From a virus: a stretch of 64,000 nt of DNA. Location of the stretch: IMG/VR virus record IMGVR_UViG_3300037193_002967, positions 1 through 64,000 of that record. One strand, given 5' to 3'. The translations under genes and the position numbers were made by a program. The notes under the pieces were generated by a model. That model was given only the letters and a program-made list of their open reading frames with translations. It was not told the DNA's origin and did no database searches. This document shows positions 1-10,552 of the stretch, one piece after another; the first letter of the stretch is position 1; every line of letters starts with the position of its first letter.

Positions 1-672
1 CGAGCCGCTAAATTGGCACTTAAGCTAAAGGAATTGGAAGCTAAAAAATCCGCTTCTAATAGCAAGGGCGACACCCAGAAATTGAACGAACAAATAGTTG
101 AGTTAAATAATCAGCTACGTGCAGAAAAAGATGCAAAAGCAGCATTAGAGACTCAGCACAAAACCAATCTTAAAAATTTTAAGATAGATGTGGCTTTGAG
201 GCAGTTGCTTGGTACTTATAAAACCACCCAAGATAATCTTAGCCCAGAAACCAAGTCTTTAATATTGTCGAGCATCATTTCTAACCATTTGAAGACTAAA
301 AATGCAGCTTGGGAAATGGATGACAATGACAATTTGATCCTGGCGGGTGCGAATGGTACCAATTTATTTACTGATGATAACCGTCCACTCACTCCTAAAA
401 CTTTTATAGATAAAGTTTTAACCGATGAAAAGCTGTTAGTGGTTACCGATAACAGTAATAATAATAACGGTAACAATAATAACAATTCCTACCGGCCAAC
501 CAATAACAATGGTGGGCAATACAATTCCAATAGGGCCAACGGCCAATACAATGACAATGGCAACCATAATAATGGTGGTCAACGTCGAGCAAATCCCGTA
601 CTTCAGGAACTTATTCAAAAATCCCAAAAGGATATTGAAAAGTCCGAGAATGGCGGTATTAAGGTGATGTAA
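1..672 (+). CDS. Putative capsid scaffolding protein, 5'-truncated by the window edge
   Basis: Frame is open from base 1; coiled-coil region plus Asn-rich linker; lies directly upstream of the major capsid gene. Confidence 0.6.
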   Translation, partial: RAAKLALKLKELEAKKSASNSKGDTQKLNEQIVELNNQLRAEKDAKAALETQHKTNLKNFKIDVALRQLLGTYKTTQDNLSPETKSLILSSIISNHLKTKNAAWEMDDNDNLILAGANGTNLFTDDNRPLTPKTFIDKVLTDEKLLVVTDNSNNNNGNNNNNSYRPTNNNGGQYNSNRANGQYNDNGNHNNGGQRRANPVLQELIQKSQKDIEKSENGGIKVM

Positions 673-711
673 GATCGAATTCTTTTACTTTTTACTTAAA
701 AAATATTTTTT

Positions 712-1842
712 ATGGCGAATGGCTTTTGCCCTAGCCTGCTATATCACATCAATGAAATAGCAGGTGAAAACGCACCCGGCCGTAAAATGCATGTAGCTGG
801 TTTTTTGGCTATGCTTTTATGTTGCCAAAACAGTAGTGTATCTCCTATTAATGACGCTTTTCAAAATGGCCATCAACGTGGTTTGAATATTAAATACCGC
901 CGCCGTCCTGTACTTACGGATGTGCAGACAGAGGACAATTGCGATATTAATACCCAACCTGGCTACTTAGAGTGGTCTATCCCGCAGCTTTTACATCGAC
1001 AAGTAAGTTTTCATATTGCGGATGATCTTATCCGTCAATATTGTGAAGATGCCAGCCGTATGCGTACTACTGGGCAACCTCCTACACCAGTTATGAATGA
1101 AGTGTTTGATCTCATTGTAGAACATGCAAATATTCTTATGAGATCAATTAATGTAGCCTTGGTTACTGCTCAGGCTACTGAATTTGGTGCCAATACTACC
1201 ACTGGAAGCAGTACCGGCAAGTTCATTAATATCAACCGAAATGGGGATCAATTCATTTTGGATGATGGCATTGTTGAAATGATGCAGGATATTTCCGAGA
1301 ATGAAATTTGTGGTGATCCTTGTTTGGTTGGTGGTGGCTTATTCGCAGCTTATGATAAGGCACGTGCATTGGCTTGCTGTAATGCTGCAGGTATGAATTT
1401 GGGTGCGGCAGGTATCCCATCTTTCTTTTTTGATAAAGACACGCAGACAATTTGGGGGCAAGATAGTGTTGGTCTTTTTGCTCCTGGCAGCGTGAAATTT
1501 ATTAGCCGTAATAAATTTGTTGGTTCATTTGCTGGTCAACGTGGTCAAAGCTTCTTTACCACACTTCCTCTGCCGGTCAGTGAATTTGGTTGCGCAGATG
1601 ATTGTTTGCGTGATCTAGTACTAGATATGCAGATCAAATATTTCGATTGTCCTACAGAAATTGAAGGAGGCGAAACAATAGATCGTGGATTCCAAGTTAT
1701 CCTCGGTAAGGATTTCCATTTGTGGACTCAACCAGATAATGCATTCCAAGCAACCGATCCCTTAGCAAATACTAATGGTACATTAAAGTACTTCATTAGT
1801 AATAATACTTATGGTGGAGGCTCCTACGCTTATCCTGGTTAA
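712..1842 (+). CDS. Major capsid protein
   Basis: 376 aa; follows the scaffold-like gene and is followed by a strong hairpin and head-tail genes. Confidence 0.7.
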   Translation: MANGFCPSLLYHINEIAGENAPGRKMHVAGFLAMLLCCQNSSVSPINDAFQNGHQRGLNIKYRRRPVLTDVQTEDNCDINTQPGYLEWSIPQLLHRQVSFHIADDLIRQYCEDASRMRTTGQPPTPVMNEVFDLIVEHANILMRSINVALVTAQATEFGANTTTGSSTGKFININRNGDQFILDDGIVEMMQDISENEICGDPCLVGGGLFAAYDKARALACCNAAGMNLGAAGIPSFFFDKDTQTIWGQDSVGLFAPGSVKFISRNKFVGSFAGQRGQSFFTTLPLPVSEFGCADDCLRDLVLDMQIKYFDCPTEIEGGETIDRGFQVILGKDFHLWTQPDNAFQATDPLANTNGTLKYFISNNTYGGGSYAYPG

Positions 1843-1851
1843 TAAATAAAT

Positions 1852-1883
1852 GCCGCGCATACTTTGTGTGCGCGGTTCCTTTA
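1852..1883 (+). terminator. Hairpin/terminator after capsid gene
   Basis: GCCGCGCATAC-TTT-GTGTGCGCGGT followed by TCCTTT. Confidence 0.6.
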
Positions 1884-1884
1884 T

Positions 1885-2397
1885 ATGGAGAATTGTCTTA
1901 TTGATTATATAGGATTTCAGGTTTGTGCTGGTGAAGAGCCACCTGCAAGTAACTTATATATTAATACTCTTCCGGGTATAAGTTTAGAAAGTATTGACAA
2001 AATAGCAGATGCCGAACAGGTAACCTATTGGGGAGTATGGCAGGATGCCCAAATTGCCGCGTGGCCCAGATTTAAGCAAGGATTTATTTCTGAATTGTTG
2101 AAGTGCTATACAATCACTCGTAGTTGTGATTATGAGGATTTGATATGCGATAATAAGGAATATCTTGCCACAGCATGGATGTATTTGTTAGGCAATCAAT
2201 TGATGATCTACCGACTATACACTAGTAGGTTAAATAGGTATACTACTATTGATTATAAATTAGCTGAACAGCTTAAAGATTTTTATCAGGTAGAATACGA
2301 AAAGGAATTAACCATAGCTATAAAACTTGTAGATGTTACTGGTTGCTGTAAAATGGAAGAGTCAAATAATCCACAAAGGGTAATATGGCTGCCATAG
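1885..2397 (+). CDS. Putative head-tail adaptor protein
   Basis: Position after capsid gene; helical, about 170 aa; ATG at 1885 preferred over the track start. Confidence 0.45.
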   Translation: MENCLIDYIGFQVCAGEEPPASNLYINTLPGISLESIDKIADAEQVTYWGVWQDAQIAAWPRFKQGFISELLKCYTITRSCDYEDLICDNKEYLATAWMYLLGNQLMIYRLYTSRLNRYTTIDYKLAEQLKDFYQVEYEKELTIAIKLVDVTGCCKMEESNNPQRVIWLP

Positions 2398-2849
2398 CAA
2401 TAAAAACAAATCTTCCAGAAGTGGCAAATAGGCTTAAAACAAAACTTGCCAAACTTAGAGACAGGGAATATTTGCTGCGCCCAGTATGTACCGATTTGAT
2501 CGATCTAATGACCCAACGCATTCACATGCGCGGGGAGGCTTCGGACAGTAGTCAGATCGGGACCTATTCAAAACGATATCTTTTATTGCGACAAAAGAAA
2601 TATAAGCGCAGTAGTGATACAAAAGTGATAGTGAGCTTAACGAGGCAATTGGAAAATGATTGGGCAGTAATCGCTACAAAAGATGGATATGGCATAGGCT
2701 TTAAGAACAGATTTAATCTTCAAAAGGCAAGATGGGTAGAAGCTATTAAAGACAGGATTATTTTCAAGCTTACTGATAAGGAACTTGAATACGCGAAGCT
2801 TAGACTTGAAGAATTAGTTTCGCAAGCTTTAAACAATAATGGTATATAA
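2385..2849 (+). CDS. Putative neck/virion morphogenesis protein
   Basis: Basic 154 aa protein with a 'V.VSLTRQLEND' motif, in the neck-gene position. Confidence 0.45.
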   Translation: MAAIAIKTNLPEVANRLKTKLAKLRDREYLLRPVCTDLIDLMTQRIHMRGEASDSSQIGTYSKRYLLLRQKKYKRSSDTKVIVSLTRQLENDWAVIATKDGYGIGFKNRFNLQKARWVEAIKDRIIFKLTDKELEYAKLRLEELVSQALNNNGI

Positions 2850-3411
2850 GATTTTAGATATAATCAATGAGGGCATTGCGGGTATTCATGTTGATGAAAG
2901 GATTTATGGTTTAGCTGAAAACGTAACCAGGGAAACGAGCAGTGGATATATTAGCATGCCTGGGGTGGTAGATATTAATAATGAAGTTAAATATCTCGGT
3001 GTAGATGATATTTATTCCTTTATTGTTTACCACAAAATAACCAATGCGACTATTGTTTATAACAGTACCGGGTATGGCGAAAATTATGGAGATGCTGTAA
3101 ATACTTATCTATCTAGTCTTTACGTGTATTGGGATCGAAAAAAAATAATGCTTTACCCGCCAGATATGCTTTTATTATTGCAGGCCAGAATGCCGGTAGC
3201 TATAAAAGGGCTAAAGGATATAAAGCAAGCGGTGGTCTTAATTGGGAATGCTAATACTAATACTCAACAGATATATCAACAGGAATACAGTTCCAATGAG
3301 CCCTTAACACGTTTACCAGAAGGCAAATATATTATGCAGATCAACTATAACATTCGAATAACTTTTAACCCATCATGCTTTACTAATTGTGTAGAGTGTG
3401 ATGCAAAATAA
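2839..3411 (+). CDS. Putative tail completion/terminator protein
   Basis: Lies between the neck gene and the tail tube gene. Confidence 0.4.
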   Translation: MVYKILDIINEGIAGIHVDERIYGLAENVTRETSSGYISMPGVVDINNEVKYLGVDDIYSFIVYHKITNATIVYNSTGYGENYGDAVNTYLSSLYVYWDRKKIMLYPPDMLLLLQARMPVAIKGLKDIKQAVVLIGNANTNTQQIYQQEYSSNEPLTRLPEGKYIMQINYNIRITFNPSCFTNCVECDAK

Positions 3412-3419
3412 AAAAGATT

Positions 3420-3980
3420 ATGGCATACGGAATTTATTATCCGGCCGGTTGTGCGGCAGCGATACCGGATCACTATTGCAATCCTTGCGAAACTCCTGAA
3501 CATGGAAGGTTGCGATCTGCCGCCTTTATTGCAAACGATTTCGAATTTACCGATCCTAGCAATCCGGATGAATGGGAAAATGGTATTGCTAATAAGAAGA
3601 TCATTATTATTCCTGAAGTAAATGGCAGTTTTGATGGCGGCAGTGAGGTAGAAGTTCCGGGCTATGGCGATCAGCAGACCAAGCTTACGGGCTATAACTT
3701 TCAGGCTACTTTTAACGACCCGAACTATAAACTGAATGCTGATTTTTATAACGCCATCAAAAATAGTAGGAATTACAGGTTTGCGTATAGAACTGAAACG
3801 CAGATTCATCTAACGCAAAACACTGTACAGGTTATCCCTAAAAATCCTGTTACAGAAGATTTGACCAGTGAGGTAGTATGGAATGTTATTGTAAAATGGT
3901 CTGAGGGGGATGTGCCTACGCCTTATGATATGCCGCAAGGAATATTTACATGTTTTGATTATAGTGGTGTAATTGTATAA
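3420..3980 (+). CDS. Putative major tail (tube) protein
   Basis: Acidic, beta-rich 186 aa; last of the neck cluster and followed by a terminator. Confidence 0.55.
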   Translation: MAYGIYYPAGCAAAIPDHYCNPCETPEHGRLRSAAFIANDFEFTDPSNPDEWENGIANKKIIIIPEVNGSFDGGSEVEVPGYGDQQTKLTGYNFQATFNDPNYKLNADFYNAIKNSRNYRFAYRTETQIHLTQNTVQVIPKNPVTEDLTSEVVWNVIVKWSEGDVPTPYDMPQGIFTCFDYSGVIV

Positions 3981-4010
3981 TTTTTGCGTCTGTCTATTTT
4001 CCTTTTACAG

Positions 4011-4046
4011 GTGGCGGGTTACAACAAGTGCCCGCCATAATTTTTT
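4011..4046 (+). terminator. Intrinsic terminator
   Basis: GTGGCGGGT...GCCCGCCAT stem followed by AATTTTTT. Confidence 0.65.
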
Positions 4047-4050
4047 AAGT

Positions 4051-7000
4051 ATGAAAATATTATTAATTTTTATCTTATCACTTGTTAGTATATGCGCTTT
4101 TTCTCAAAGCACATTACCATTACGTGCAGATACAGTCGTAGTTGAAAAAGTAGCTGGGAGTGGTGAATTTAAATTGAAAAATAGTACAAGAGATACTACT
4201 GGCATACTAACTAATATAGGTGGTGGTAGAACACAGTTTAGAAAACCAAGAAAAATTAACGATACCTGTATAGTTATAGGGTTAGATACAATTTGTGGCA
4301 TTGGAGGGGATGATTTACCTGCTCAAGCAGGTAATCCATACAAAACATTAAGAACTGATGGAACAACAGCTACATGGGAGAACACGTTAGATTGGGTGGA
4401 TGCGAGAACGTTTGGGGCCGATCCCACAGGTGTGTTAAATTCTACAACCGCAATCCAAAATGCAATCAATTCCCTTCCAAGTACAGGAGGAGTATTATAT
4501 TTTGGACCTGGTACTTTTAAAACTGATGGAAATATTCATGTAACGCGAACTTGTAGAATAATTGGCGCATCTGGCACTAATGCTATGGGATGGAATGGGC
4601 CTCAAGGAAATAGGCAACATCAGTATGATTTAACTAAAATCACCTGTACATCTGATACTGCCAACTTGTTTATCTTCGACAGCTCTGGAACCATTATTGA
4701 ATACTGTTCGTTAATAAACACTTCTCCAACTACACCCACGCAAGGCTCAGGTATTAAATCCATGCGCCCTTCTACAAAAATAATGCATTGTGCAATTGCC
4801 GGATTTTACGATAACGTGTATATAAATGTCTCACCAGAATATTATATAGAGGATGTTTTTTTCTCAAAGTATGTACGATATGGTTTATATCATAGAACAG
4901 ACCTGGAGCCAGACGCAGGTGATCAGGTTTTAACCAGTTGTTGGTTTTATCCCCGTAACCATAATGCTGCATCAGCTATTTATGTAGAAAGTGGCGGTGG
5001 TTTAAAGATTTCTGATTGTAAATTCAATGCTAATTCAGTAGATACGCTTCAGAATAATTGCATAACGGTGTTATTGAACGCGCAAACTACGGTTGACTTA
5101 TTGATCAGTAATTGTTCATTTGAAAATTATTTGGATGATGCTATTAATATAAGAGCCATTAATGCTGGCCAGTTTCACGAAATACTGATTACCGGGAACC
5201 AGTTTGCCCCTAACAGCGCCAACGCTGATGGCATTGTTATCAATGGAGCAAGCGGTACAATCGCTTCAGTAGCGATTACTGGCAACGTTATGAAATTTAC
5301 GGGTGATACAGCGGTATCACTAACGAGTATTGCCAAAGTGTCGTTCTCAGGGAATAATATAGATAATTTTACTACTGCCTATAGTAGAGTGGATGTACCA
5401 GATTTCTCGTCTGGTAACATGATAGCTGATAATTTTTATCCTGCGGAACATTCGGACCGTTTTGTCAATGGCGAAGCATTTACCATGTTAAGAAATTCCA
5501 ATACAGGAAGTTCGGCATTTGCAAGAACGCGCATATTAAATGATGTGGGTCAAGGTATTTCAGTTGGCATTGGTAGTGTTGCAAGGGATAATGGGCTTGG
5601 CTTAATAGAAAGCACTGGACCTGGTGGAATTCGAATACATTCAACACTTACTGCCTCGCCAATAGACAATTACATAGATAATACCTTAATTACCAGACTG
5701 AAAAAAGATTCCATTAGCTTCTACAAGCCAGTCTCAAGAACAATGGAATTAGTAGACGGCTCATTCAATGTACGAGCATCAATACAGAATGTTGTAGGAT
5801 CATTTCAAATTAGTGCAAATGCTAAATGGGATGGTGATTCTTGGGAACGGTATTCGATAGGTGATCCAAGCTGGAATCTTAGTTTAGCTTCCGATGCCAA
5901 TCTTTTTTCTATTAGAAGAGCTGCATCTGGTGCAGGTTCTATAACATGGACAAACACTTTAACTGCGAATGGATCAGGGGAAATAAACATAGGCAATTTC
6001 ACGGATCAAGGTGCTTATACTTTACAGAATACAGGTGGCTTATATCAAAACGGCCTAGTATCATTAAATTTAGGTAGTGACGCAACGGGAGATACCTATT
6101 ATAGAAATTCAGGAAGTTTATTAACAAGGCTTCCGATAGGGACAACAGGACAAGTGCTAACTGTTAGTGGTGGAGTACCTGCATGGTCAAACAGCGTTAA
6201 TATAGCTACAGCGTCGCTTACTGCCAATAACGATTACATTCAAAATTGGAACAATAAAGATTTGCGTTTTGATTCTATAAAACTGGGCCGCTTATTCAGT
6301 TACGGGGTACCAAGTTTATTCACAGGAGGTAGACCAGCGAGTACACTGATACAATTAAATGCTACTAACACAACATACCCTTTATACATATCTCGGGATA
6401 TCAAAGACGGGTTAGGTAATGATAGTGCGTTTAGCAGACTTGTAGTAGATGCAGGAGCGAAAGCTATGCAAATAATAACATACAGAGAGAATTTACGTGG
6501 TCTCATAGGTGTGGGGGAAGGCGGCATATCTCTGGTCTCGGATACCAATACTTCAGATGTTTTGGATAACAGCCGAATATCAATTACCCATAGCACCGTT
6601 CAGGTTCTTGGTGACGATTCATTGGTATTGAGCGGTGTTATTCGCCCTGCGCAATACGGGGATAGTGTTTTGTCTTTAGTGAACATAACACATAGTAACC
6701 CGGTAGGAAACCGCAGCAATTACAAAGTATCGTATGTCCCTACTGTTAATACGCAGATAACGAAAGATTCTGCATCGGGAGTATCTTCAGTAGATATTAA
6801 CCTGTCGGCATACAGTAGTTATGATAGGGTGGTTATTTACTTAGATAAGGTAGAGGTATCGAATAATGGAGTTGAACTTCGTACCAGGTTCAGTAATAAT
6901 GGCGGTTCAAGTTTTGCGTCCGGCGCTTCTGATTACGAATGGTTGATCAATTGGAGAATAACCCCGAACGGTGCAGGGGTGAACGGTGACGATGCCGATG

Positions 7001-7266
7001 ACCATATCACATTGGTACAGGACATAAGCAACGTGGCCGGGCATTCTGCTTCAGGAGAGATCGAACTTTTACATTGCAATGATGCCAGCTACCAACCTAT
7101 GTATAAAGGCGAGTTTATCAGCAGTTTCACGACAACGGGTGCTATTATACGGGAAAGTGTTGGCGGAAGACAAACCTCAAGCACGTATGTGAATGCGATT
7201 AGCTTCTTTCCAAGCGCTGGCACATTTGATAAATTTAAGTATAGAATTATTGGCTATAAAAATTAA
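4051..7266 (+). CDS. Tail fibre/tailspike with pectate-lyase-like right-handed beta-helix
   Basis: 'DARTFGADPTGVLNSTTAIQNAINSLPSTGGVLYFGPGTF' beta-helix cap motif, beta-helix repeats and 'RLPIGTTGQVLTVSGGVPAW' fibre motif; ATG at 4051 lies after the terminator. Confidence 0.75.
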   Translation: MKILLIFILSLVSICAFSQSTLPLRADTVVVEKVAGSGEFKLKNSTRDTTGILTNIGGGRTQFRKPRKINDTCIVIGLDTICGIGGDDLPAQAGNPYKTLRTDGTTATWENTLDWVDARTFGADPTGVLNSTTAIQNAINSLPSTGGVLYFGPGTFKTDGNIHVTRTCRIIGASGTNAMGWNGPQGNRQHQYDLTKITCTSDTANLFIFDSSGTIIEYCSLINTSPTTPTQGSGIKSMRPSTKIMHCAIAGFYDNVYINVSPEYYIEDVFFSKYVRYGLYHRTDLEPDAGDQVLTSCWFYPRNHNAASAIYVESGGGLKISDCKFNANSVDTLQNNCITVLLNAQTTVDLLISNCSFENYLDDAINIRAINAGQFHEILITGNQFAPNSANADGIVINGASGTIASVAITGNVMKFTGDTAVSLTSIAKVSFSGNNIDNFTTAYSRVDVPDFSSGNMIADNFYPAEHSDRFVNGEAFTMLRNSNTGSSAFARTRILNDVGQGISVGIGSVARDNGLGLIESTGPGGIRIHSTLTASPIDNYIDNTLITRLKKDSISFYKPVSRTMELVDGSFNVRASIQNVVGSFQISANAKWDGDSWERYSIGDPSWNLSLASDANLFSIRRAASGAGSITWTNTLTANGSGEINIGNFTDQGAYTLQNTGGLYQNGLVSLNLGSDATGDTYYRNSGSLLTRLPIGTTGQVLTVSGGVPAWSNSVNIATASLTANNDYIQNWNNKDLRFDSIKLGRLFSYGVPSLFTGGRPASTLIQLNATNTTYPLYISRDIKDGLGNDSAFSRLVVDAGAKAMQIITYRENLRGLIGVGEGGISLVSDTNTSDVLDNSRISITHSTVQVLGDDSLVLSGVIRPAQYGDSVLSLVNITHSNPVGNRSNYKVSYVPTVNTQITKDSASGVSSVDINLSAYSSYDRVVIYLDKVEVSNNGVELRTRFSNNGGSSFASGASDYEWLINWRITPNGAGVNGDDADDHITLVQDISNVAGHSASGEIELLHCNDASYQPMYKGEFISSFTTTGAIIRESVGGRQTSSTYVNAISFFPSAGTFDKFKYRIIGYKN

Positions 7267-7269
7267 TTT

Positions 7270-8670
7270 ATGAATTATACACTTAAACCAGATTCGGGCG
7301 GCCATATAATTGTAGATGGGAAAAATTATAAACCTGGGGATGTGATTTTTATCACCGGGAATCCAAAGGATGTTCTTCTTTCTAATGTAAATGGTGATCC
7401 AATTAATAACGTACACATAACTAATGTACCAGGAGAAAAACTTTCAATAGGGGATGAGAAATGGAGCGGCGGATCATATAGCTATGGATTAGTGTTTAAG
7501 AGGTCCAAATATGTTAATATTTTTCCTTCTTACAAGGGAGCATTCACTTTAAGCGGAAGCACATCTACGGCCCTTGATACAAATGGCTTTGGTGTGCGCG
7601 GGGCATATTTTAATCTGCGCATAGATGACCTTTCTGATAATTTTACTGTTCGTGATCTTGTTATAAAAAATGGTGGTACCGGATTATGGGCAAAGACTGA
7701 GGTATCTCCTACTGATTCGAGAACATGGGCAGGCAATTTTCTTGAAAATTTCAAGTTCTATAATTTAGAAATTAGCAATACTTATGTAGAAGGTATGTAT
7801 ATCGGTCATACTGCTACGTTATGGAATATTAAGACCAATCAGCCGATGTATACCAGACCCACTACAGATTTGGCTAATTATAAAGAGCCCGCTAAATTAA
7901 GAAATGTAGTTATAGAGAATTGCAAAGTATATAATACTGGCTTTGATGCCATTCAGACAGCTGCCATAGATAACCTAGACGTGGTTGGAAATGAAATATA
8001 TGGATGGGCTGCTAATAAAAACTGGGGACATAATGCGGGAATTTTAATTGGCGGGAGGGTTAAAAATTTTAGAGTTTTTAATAATTATATACATGAGGGT
8101 TATGGAGATGGAATTCAGGTATATGCTGAAGGTGGCGCCGATGCTATTATAAAAAATAACCTTGTAGTTAAAGCCGGTATGGAAGGTGTGAGTTTAAGGG
8201 GAACAAATGCATTGGCAGTTTTATTCGAAAGGAATACTGTGATCATGCCTGGTAGTACTACTTTTAGAGTTAATGGTGCAATGGGCGGCACTGGTCAAAA
8301 TATTGTTAGAAAAAATATTTTTATCCAACCGGCTGCAACGGGCGGCGTGGTTTATCCTAATAGATATATTTATTTGGAAAACGGTGGAAAGGTTACGGAT
8401 GAAGATAATATTAAGATTCCAGCTCTTGCAGATGTAGCATTAGGTGTTGATAATTATTATGAACCTCGTGCTGGTAGTCCATTTGTAGGGTATGGATATG
8501 AAATTCCAAAAGTAATTGAAGACCCAGACGTTGATCCACATCCCACTATGCAGGCTCAAATAGAAGGAGGCATTGTTAACCTTTTAAAATTACTACCGGC
8601 GGGTAATAATGAATTTACTATAAGACTTGGTGAGGCAATAATTAAAATTGGTATCAATATAATTAAGTAG
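7270..8670 (+). CDS. Right-handed parallel beta-helix protein (putative depolymerase)
   Basis: Repeated I..N.I....DGIQ-type beta-helix coils; adjacent to the tailspike. Confidence 0.65.
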   Translation: MNYTLKPDSGGHIIVDGKNYKPGDVIFITGNPKDVLLSNVNGDPINNVHITNVPGEKLSIGDEKWSGGSYSYGLVFKRSKYVNIFPSYKGAFTLSGSTSTALDTNGFGVRGAYFNLRIDDLSDNFTVRDLVIKNGGTGLWAKTEVSPTDSRTWAGNFLENFKFYNLEISNTYVEGMYIGHTATLWNIKTNQPMYTRPTTDLANYKEPAKLRNVVIENCKVYNTGFDAIQTAAIDNLDVVGNEIYGWAANKNWGHNAGILIGGRVKNFRVFNNYIHEGYGDGIQVYAEGGADAIIKNNLVVKAGMEGVSLRGTNALAVLFERNTVIMPGSTTFRVNGAMGGTGQNIVRKNIFIQPAATGGVVYPNRYIYLENGGKVTDEDNIKIPALADVALGVDNYYEPRAGSPFVGYGYEIPKVIEDPDVDPHPTMQAQIEGGIVNLLKLLPAGNNEFTIRLGEAIIKIGINIIK

Positions 8671-8692
8671 CGGGCAACAAAATTGCATTCTC

Positions 8693-8980
8693 ATGATGAT
8701 AAAATCTGATAAAATGAAGGTTTCGCCCGACATGAACTATAACATAGACTCCAATATGCTAACAGTTATAACCGTATTCTTCTATGTCTTATTTGTTATA
8801 ACCTCCCAGGGAGCCGCCGCTATTGCTACTATATTAGCTGCGTTCAGTACGCTTTTATGGAATGTATACAAATATATCATGGATAGGAAAGACCGAAAAA
8901 AAGCCAATATTCAAAACATGAATGGTTCCAATGGTAAAAAACAAATTGATCACCCTATAAATGAACAATCCAATGAGTAA
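8693..8980 (+). CDS. Small membrane protein, holin candidate
   Basis: Two hydrophobic segments and a basic C-terminus; start of the lysis region. Confidence 0.45.
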   Translation: MMIKSDKMKVSPDMNYNIDSNMLTVITVFFYVLFVITSQGAAAIATILAAFSTLLWNVYKYIMDRKDRKKANIQNMNGSNGKKQIDHPINEQSNE

Positions 8981-9371
8981 CCTTCAGATTATTATTGTCG
9001 GGTGGCTTGTGGGTCAATTTGGATACGCAGCCGTCAGTATCCATGTATTGCAACGACATAAGCCAAATATTAATTACTGGGAAGCCGCTGGCGCTTATTT
9101 CAGAAAGGAATTTAGCAATTTCGTAATGGCCTTTGCTGGCTTATTGATATTGATTTTTATATTTCCGGATTTTTGGGATGCTGATATCAATAAAATGGAT
9201 TTAAAGATCAAATCAACTAAGACATGGAAAGAATGGATCATGATCTATCAGCGCGTAACTACTGTAGTGATCGGTGGTCTTAGCCAGCACTTACTTTATA
9301 TAGCTTTTAAACGAGGCAAGAAGGAAATAGAAAAATTGGATGAGCAAAAGGCAAATGAAAATATAGAATAA
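8961..9371 (+). CDS. Membrane protein, holin candidate
   Basis: About 3 hydrophobic segments and a charged C-terminal tail. Confidence 0.45.
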   Translation: MNNPMSNLQIIIVGWLVGQFGYAAVSIHVLQRHKPNINYWEAAGAYFRKEFSNFVMAFAGLLILIFIFPDFWDADINKMDLKIKSTKTWKEWIMIYQRVTTVVIGGLSQHLLYIAFKRGKKEIEKLDEQKANENIE

Positions 9372-9375
9372 AACT

Positions 9376-9403
9376 AAACCCCTGATATAGATCAGGGGTT
9401 TTT
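9376..9403 (+). terminator. Intrinsic terminator
   Basis: AAACCCCTGAT-ATAG-ATCAGGGGTTT-TT. Confidence 0.7.
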
Positions 9404-9485
9404 AGATATATGTCATTATCATATAAAAGATAAGTATAAAAATAAAATATTTCTTCAAGAATAGAAAATATTTTATTTTGCAGGT

Positions 9486-9794
9486 ATGAATATTGGAGCA
9501 TCTATTAAAAAACTGAGAGGATATGCTGGTATTTCCCAAGTGGAATTAAGTAAAAAGGCCAAATTAGCCCAAGGTTATTTAAGTAATATAGAGAGGGGGA
9601 TGCAGAATCCTAGTTCTCAAGTTATCAAAAGGATTTCCAAGGTCCTTGATATACCACCAGGTTTGATTGTGGTTATGTCTATTGAAGACGAAGATGTGAA
9701 AATTGGAAAGAAAAGGCTCTTTAAAAAGTTAAAACCTGTGATGGAAGAAATAATTGCAGAAGCATTAATCCTACAATATGGCCGTAAAAATTAA
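9486..9794 (+). CDS. XRE-family HTH transcriptional regulator
   Basis: 'IKKLRGYAGISQVELSKKAKLAQGYLSNIERGMQNPS' is a classic HTH_3 pattern. Confidence 0.9.
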   Translation: MNIGASIKKLRGYAGISQVELSKKAKLAQGYLSNIERGMQNPSSQVIKRISKVLDIPPGLIVVMSIEDEDVKIGKKRLFKKLKPVMEEIIAEALILQYGRKN

Positions 9795-10536
9795 AACAAT
9801 ACCGCCATGGGTATTGATCCTTTTAGGGGCAATTGCTGTCTTATTATTTCTTAAATTCTGTTTTAAAAATGAAAGCATTCCCCCTCCAAATTTGGATGCC
9901 ATTAAAAAGCAACATAACCTTGACAGTATTGAATTTGAAGAAACAAAAAAGAAATGGCAATCAGAAAGGAATGATTTAACTGCCCAAGTACAGGAACTTA
10001 ATATTAAAAATGAATCTACAACTAACCACCTTAACAAAATCCTTTCTGATAATAAGCGGTTGATTGATAAATTTTATTCTAAACCGATCCCAGGTAAAGA
10101 TTCAAGTGGCCAGACAATAGTCCCCAATGAATTTATTGATGATTGCAAGGATTGCTTTACTCAAATAGCTGCTACGAGTGATACAGTTGAAAAATATAAA
10201 TCTGAAGCCGAAGGGTTACGTGTTCTTTATGTAAGCGCTGCTAGTATTGATAGTGCCAGAATTGCAGAATTAGAAAAAGAAAAGCTAAAGCTGAACAAGG
10301 ATTATAATGATATACGTATTGCTGCTGAAGTAAATGCAAAATATTTAGAACCACGTAGAAAATTAAAAGTAGGAATTGCCGGGATGCTTAATAATAAATT
10401 TTTACCTAATGGGATCGGTCCATCTTTTATGTACCAGGATAAAAAAGATAGAAATATTGGATACCGGCCATTATTTGGAAATGGTGAGCCTATGCATATA
10501 ATTGATATATTAGTTCCTTTCAAATGGAGCAAATAA
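9778..10536 (+). CDS. Spanin-like protein (N-terminal membrane anchor, coiled coil, beta-rich C-terminus)
   Basis: Hydrophobic N-terminus ending in Cys, long coiled coil, located in the lysis cassette. Confidence 0.5.
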   Translation: MAVKIKTIPPWVLILLGAIAVLLFLKFCFKNESIPPPNLDAIKKQHNLDSIEFEETKKKWQSERNDLTAQVQELNIKNESTTNHLNKILSDNKRLIDKFYSKPIPGKDSSGQTIVPNEFIDDCKDCFTQIAATSDTVEKYKSEAEGLRVLYVSAASIDSARIAELEKEKLKLNKDYNDIRIAAEVNAKYLEPRRKLKVGIAGMLNNKFLPNGIGPSFMYQDKKDRNIGYRPLFGNGEPMHIIDILVPFKWSK

Positions 10537-10552
10537 TTATAAAATTACATTC

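Noticed and set aside
449-580. AAT/AAC-rich repeats
   Set aside because: These encode an Asn-rich linker in the scaffold-like protein. There is no reverse transcriptase or duplicated variable region, so they are not a DGR template.
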